DNA of 64,000 bases. It comes from Cirrosporium novae-zelandiae (taxonomy: Eukaryota). The stretch lies in NCBI GenBank assembly GCA_026023565.1, contig JAPETS010000018.1, positions 186,001 to 250,000 on the forward strand, in the 5' to 3' direction. The notes below the pieces were generated by a model, which was not told the DNA's origin, searched no databases, and saw only the letters and a list, made by a program, of their open reading frames with translations. Below are positions 61,901 to 64,000 of the stretch, one piece after another; the stretch's first letter is position 1; every line of letters starts with the position of its first letter. Position numbers and translations under genes: made by a program.

Positions 61901-64000
61901 CCTCGGCTTCGATATTGTGTACAATATGAGCATCATCCCCATCCGGGTCTGCATTTTCGCGGTCTGGGGCATCAAAACCTCCCCAAAGCCAATCCTTTAT
62001 CTTCTCAAGAGATCCACGATCATCACGAGGCGCAATCTCAGCTTGAGGTTCTTCTCGTCGGGTAGGGGAAGCATCTGTATTTGGAGACTGATTTAGAGAG
62101 GCATTAACCACTTCATCCCTCTCTTCTTCGAGCCCGGCGTCGGTCTCCAACTCACTGGGGTTGTCGGTGCGAAAAGAATTTAAGTTAGGGGGGGAGCTAG
62201 GACCGCTGTCAAAATCCATGTCCGTCTGTGCTTGTGCATCACGGGTTCCATAATGCTGAAGAGGGGAGGTTTGAGGTTCACTCAAAGAATCAGATTCTGC
62301 TGGCCAGGAAAAACTTTCGTTTCCGCTGACCCAAGAGGGAGTTTGAGTGTGACCAGCAGTACTCTGAGGGGCTCCAATAAAAGGTGATAGGTTTTCCAGG
62401 GATGGTTGATATTGTTCATAGTTAGAACCCATATCAGGTTCGGATTCTTTGCCCACACGATCATCTCGAGGAATCTCGGTTTGTGGGAAATTTTCCTCCC
62501 AGCTTGTATTACTTCCATCACTCTGAAGTTCAGCCCCGGGTTGGACATTACTAGGAGGTTGCATGAGAATTTTCACTTCTTGGTTCCCAGCAGCTCTTTG
62601 TTCTTCCTCGATCGCCCGGCGAAGAGCATTTACTTCCGCAATAGCATCTCTAGCTGGCATACTAGGTCGGTGTAAAGATGCCTCCTCTCCGCTCGAAGGC
62701 TGTGGGTTGCTTGGTTGGCCTTCTTCAAAGATAGACGCAGGGTGTGCAGATGATGCTGAGTCTGACTCAAGAAATGGTAGTGCAATCTGTTGGTCCTCGT
62801 GCCGACTCTCAGACGAACTGGATTGATCGTCTTCGTATGGCCAGGGATTGAAAGCCGAGTCAGGATTGGGATCGGCGAAAGGGTTACGATTCAATTCATC
62901 CACCGCATTTAATCCCATTTCTTCGGCCTCATTAGCATGTTCTTCATGGCCGTCACGATTCTCAGCAACGTCTGGGACTCTTTCTTCAGGAACCGGTTCA
63001 TTAACATCATCCATCGCAGCACCAGCTCCCACATTCAATGCAGGTTGTTGTTGAACCACCCATTCACGTATTAGAAAAATGATAATGAAAGCAACAACAA
63101 CAGCTAATGTAATCAACTGGCCTTCGAGTGTGTCGATAACAGCTTGATTGAACTTGGAAGAAGGGGTTAACTCCTTCAAAAGTCGAACTTCGGAAAGCCA
63201 GGTTGAGCCCTGTGCCATGGGCGGTTGGCTGGGATCGTTTACATTAAAAGAAAATGATGTCGTCGTCGCTTCTTTCGAATGGGAAACGTTGACTTTGAAA
63301 CCCCTTTCGGCTTTAGATAGAACTGAAGAAATTGCTCTCGAGATGTCTAGTATCCAAGCAGATGCTCCTGGCTCCATGGCGCTGGAGGTCCCGTTCATCC
63401 CAGGTGTAGTTCCATTTACAATGAGATTGGTCATACGCCCTTCTTCTGTTGCATGAGGATCCAACCCTCCATCGGCCATCCAAAATAGGAATTTCCATAT
63501 ATGCCGCATGGAGTATGGGAGGAGGCATAGCCAGACAAAGGCAACAAGAAGATACCGAGACCAAGTAGTAACAGCATGAAATGATTGTATGACGGCTTGC
63601 TTAAGAAATATCGGCATGGGAACGGATTGGGGCATGTCAGGCCGATAAACTAAATCACCAAGTCAGCGCATAGCACTTCAAGTAGAGTCGATATCACGCA
63701 CGCTTGGTAAACCTGAATCTCGTTTTGCACAGCTCGCAATATTTCTTCTGTGAATGTGCAAGCCATTCCATTAAACTAGAGTAATCCACGTCAGTATCCA
63801 GCCAGGGCGATATTCCCAATGGGGTTTAATCATACCAGCTCTGATGAACAAATTTAATGCTCCCACTGCATTTACAGGGGTAAAAGAGAGGCTCTTCCAG
63901 CGAGCCTTCCCCACGACATATACGACATGTATCTGGTTCTTCCATACTCTTTGCCCCTCGTGAACTCAGTGCGTTATCAATTATTCTCCTATCTTCGTCT
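58917..64000 (-). CDS. DOA10: ERAD E3 ubiquitin ligase Doa10/Ssm4/MARCH6; start possibly beyond the window edge
   Basis: [49 protein letters not shown], plus [26 protein letters not shown] and [14 protein letters not shown]; many TM segments. Confidence 0.95.

Overview
Genomic DNA of a filamentous ascomycete (Pezizomycotina): GT-AG introns with CTRAY-type branch points, Zn2Cys6 regulators and RIP-like CpA>TpA stop codons. I can support about 20 intact genes and 3 pseudogenes. In order: an M20 amidohydrolase / Dal5-type MFS permease / Zn2Cys6 trio; a ~3,230-aa DUF6606-DUF3638-DUF3645 helicase-like NTPase; an F-box-like hypothetical; a bacterial-type alpha/beta hydrolase; a decayed TF next to a sarcosine/fructosyl-amine-oxidase-family flavoenzyme and an APC amino-acid permease; a PTH11-like membrane protein; a divergent SDR/PEBP pair; two pseudogenes; SFH5; a four-gene sugar-acid cluster; a small secreted protein; a DHA1 transporter with a convergent Zn2Cys6 TF; and DOA10/MARCH6. 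Best leads: (1) the cluster of GaaC-like aldolase, DgoD-like dehydratase, Zn-polyol dehydrogenase and KduD/IdnO-like SDR, arranged as two head-to-head pairs, which could encode a complete non-phosphorylative Entner-Doudoroff-type route; (2) a 57-bp tandem duplication across an AG|GT site inside the dehydratase that looks like an intron being born; (3) a duplicated 3' end of the DHA1 gene with coding-like divergence; (4) the giant uncharacterised NTPase. All family calls come from motif recognition by eye with no database searches, and exon boundaries were inferred manually.
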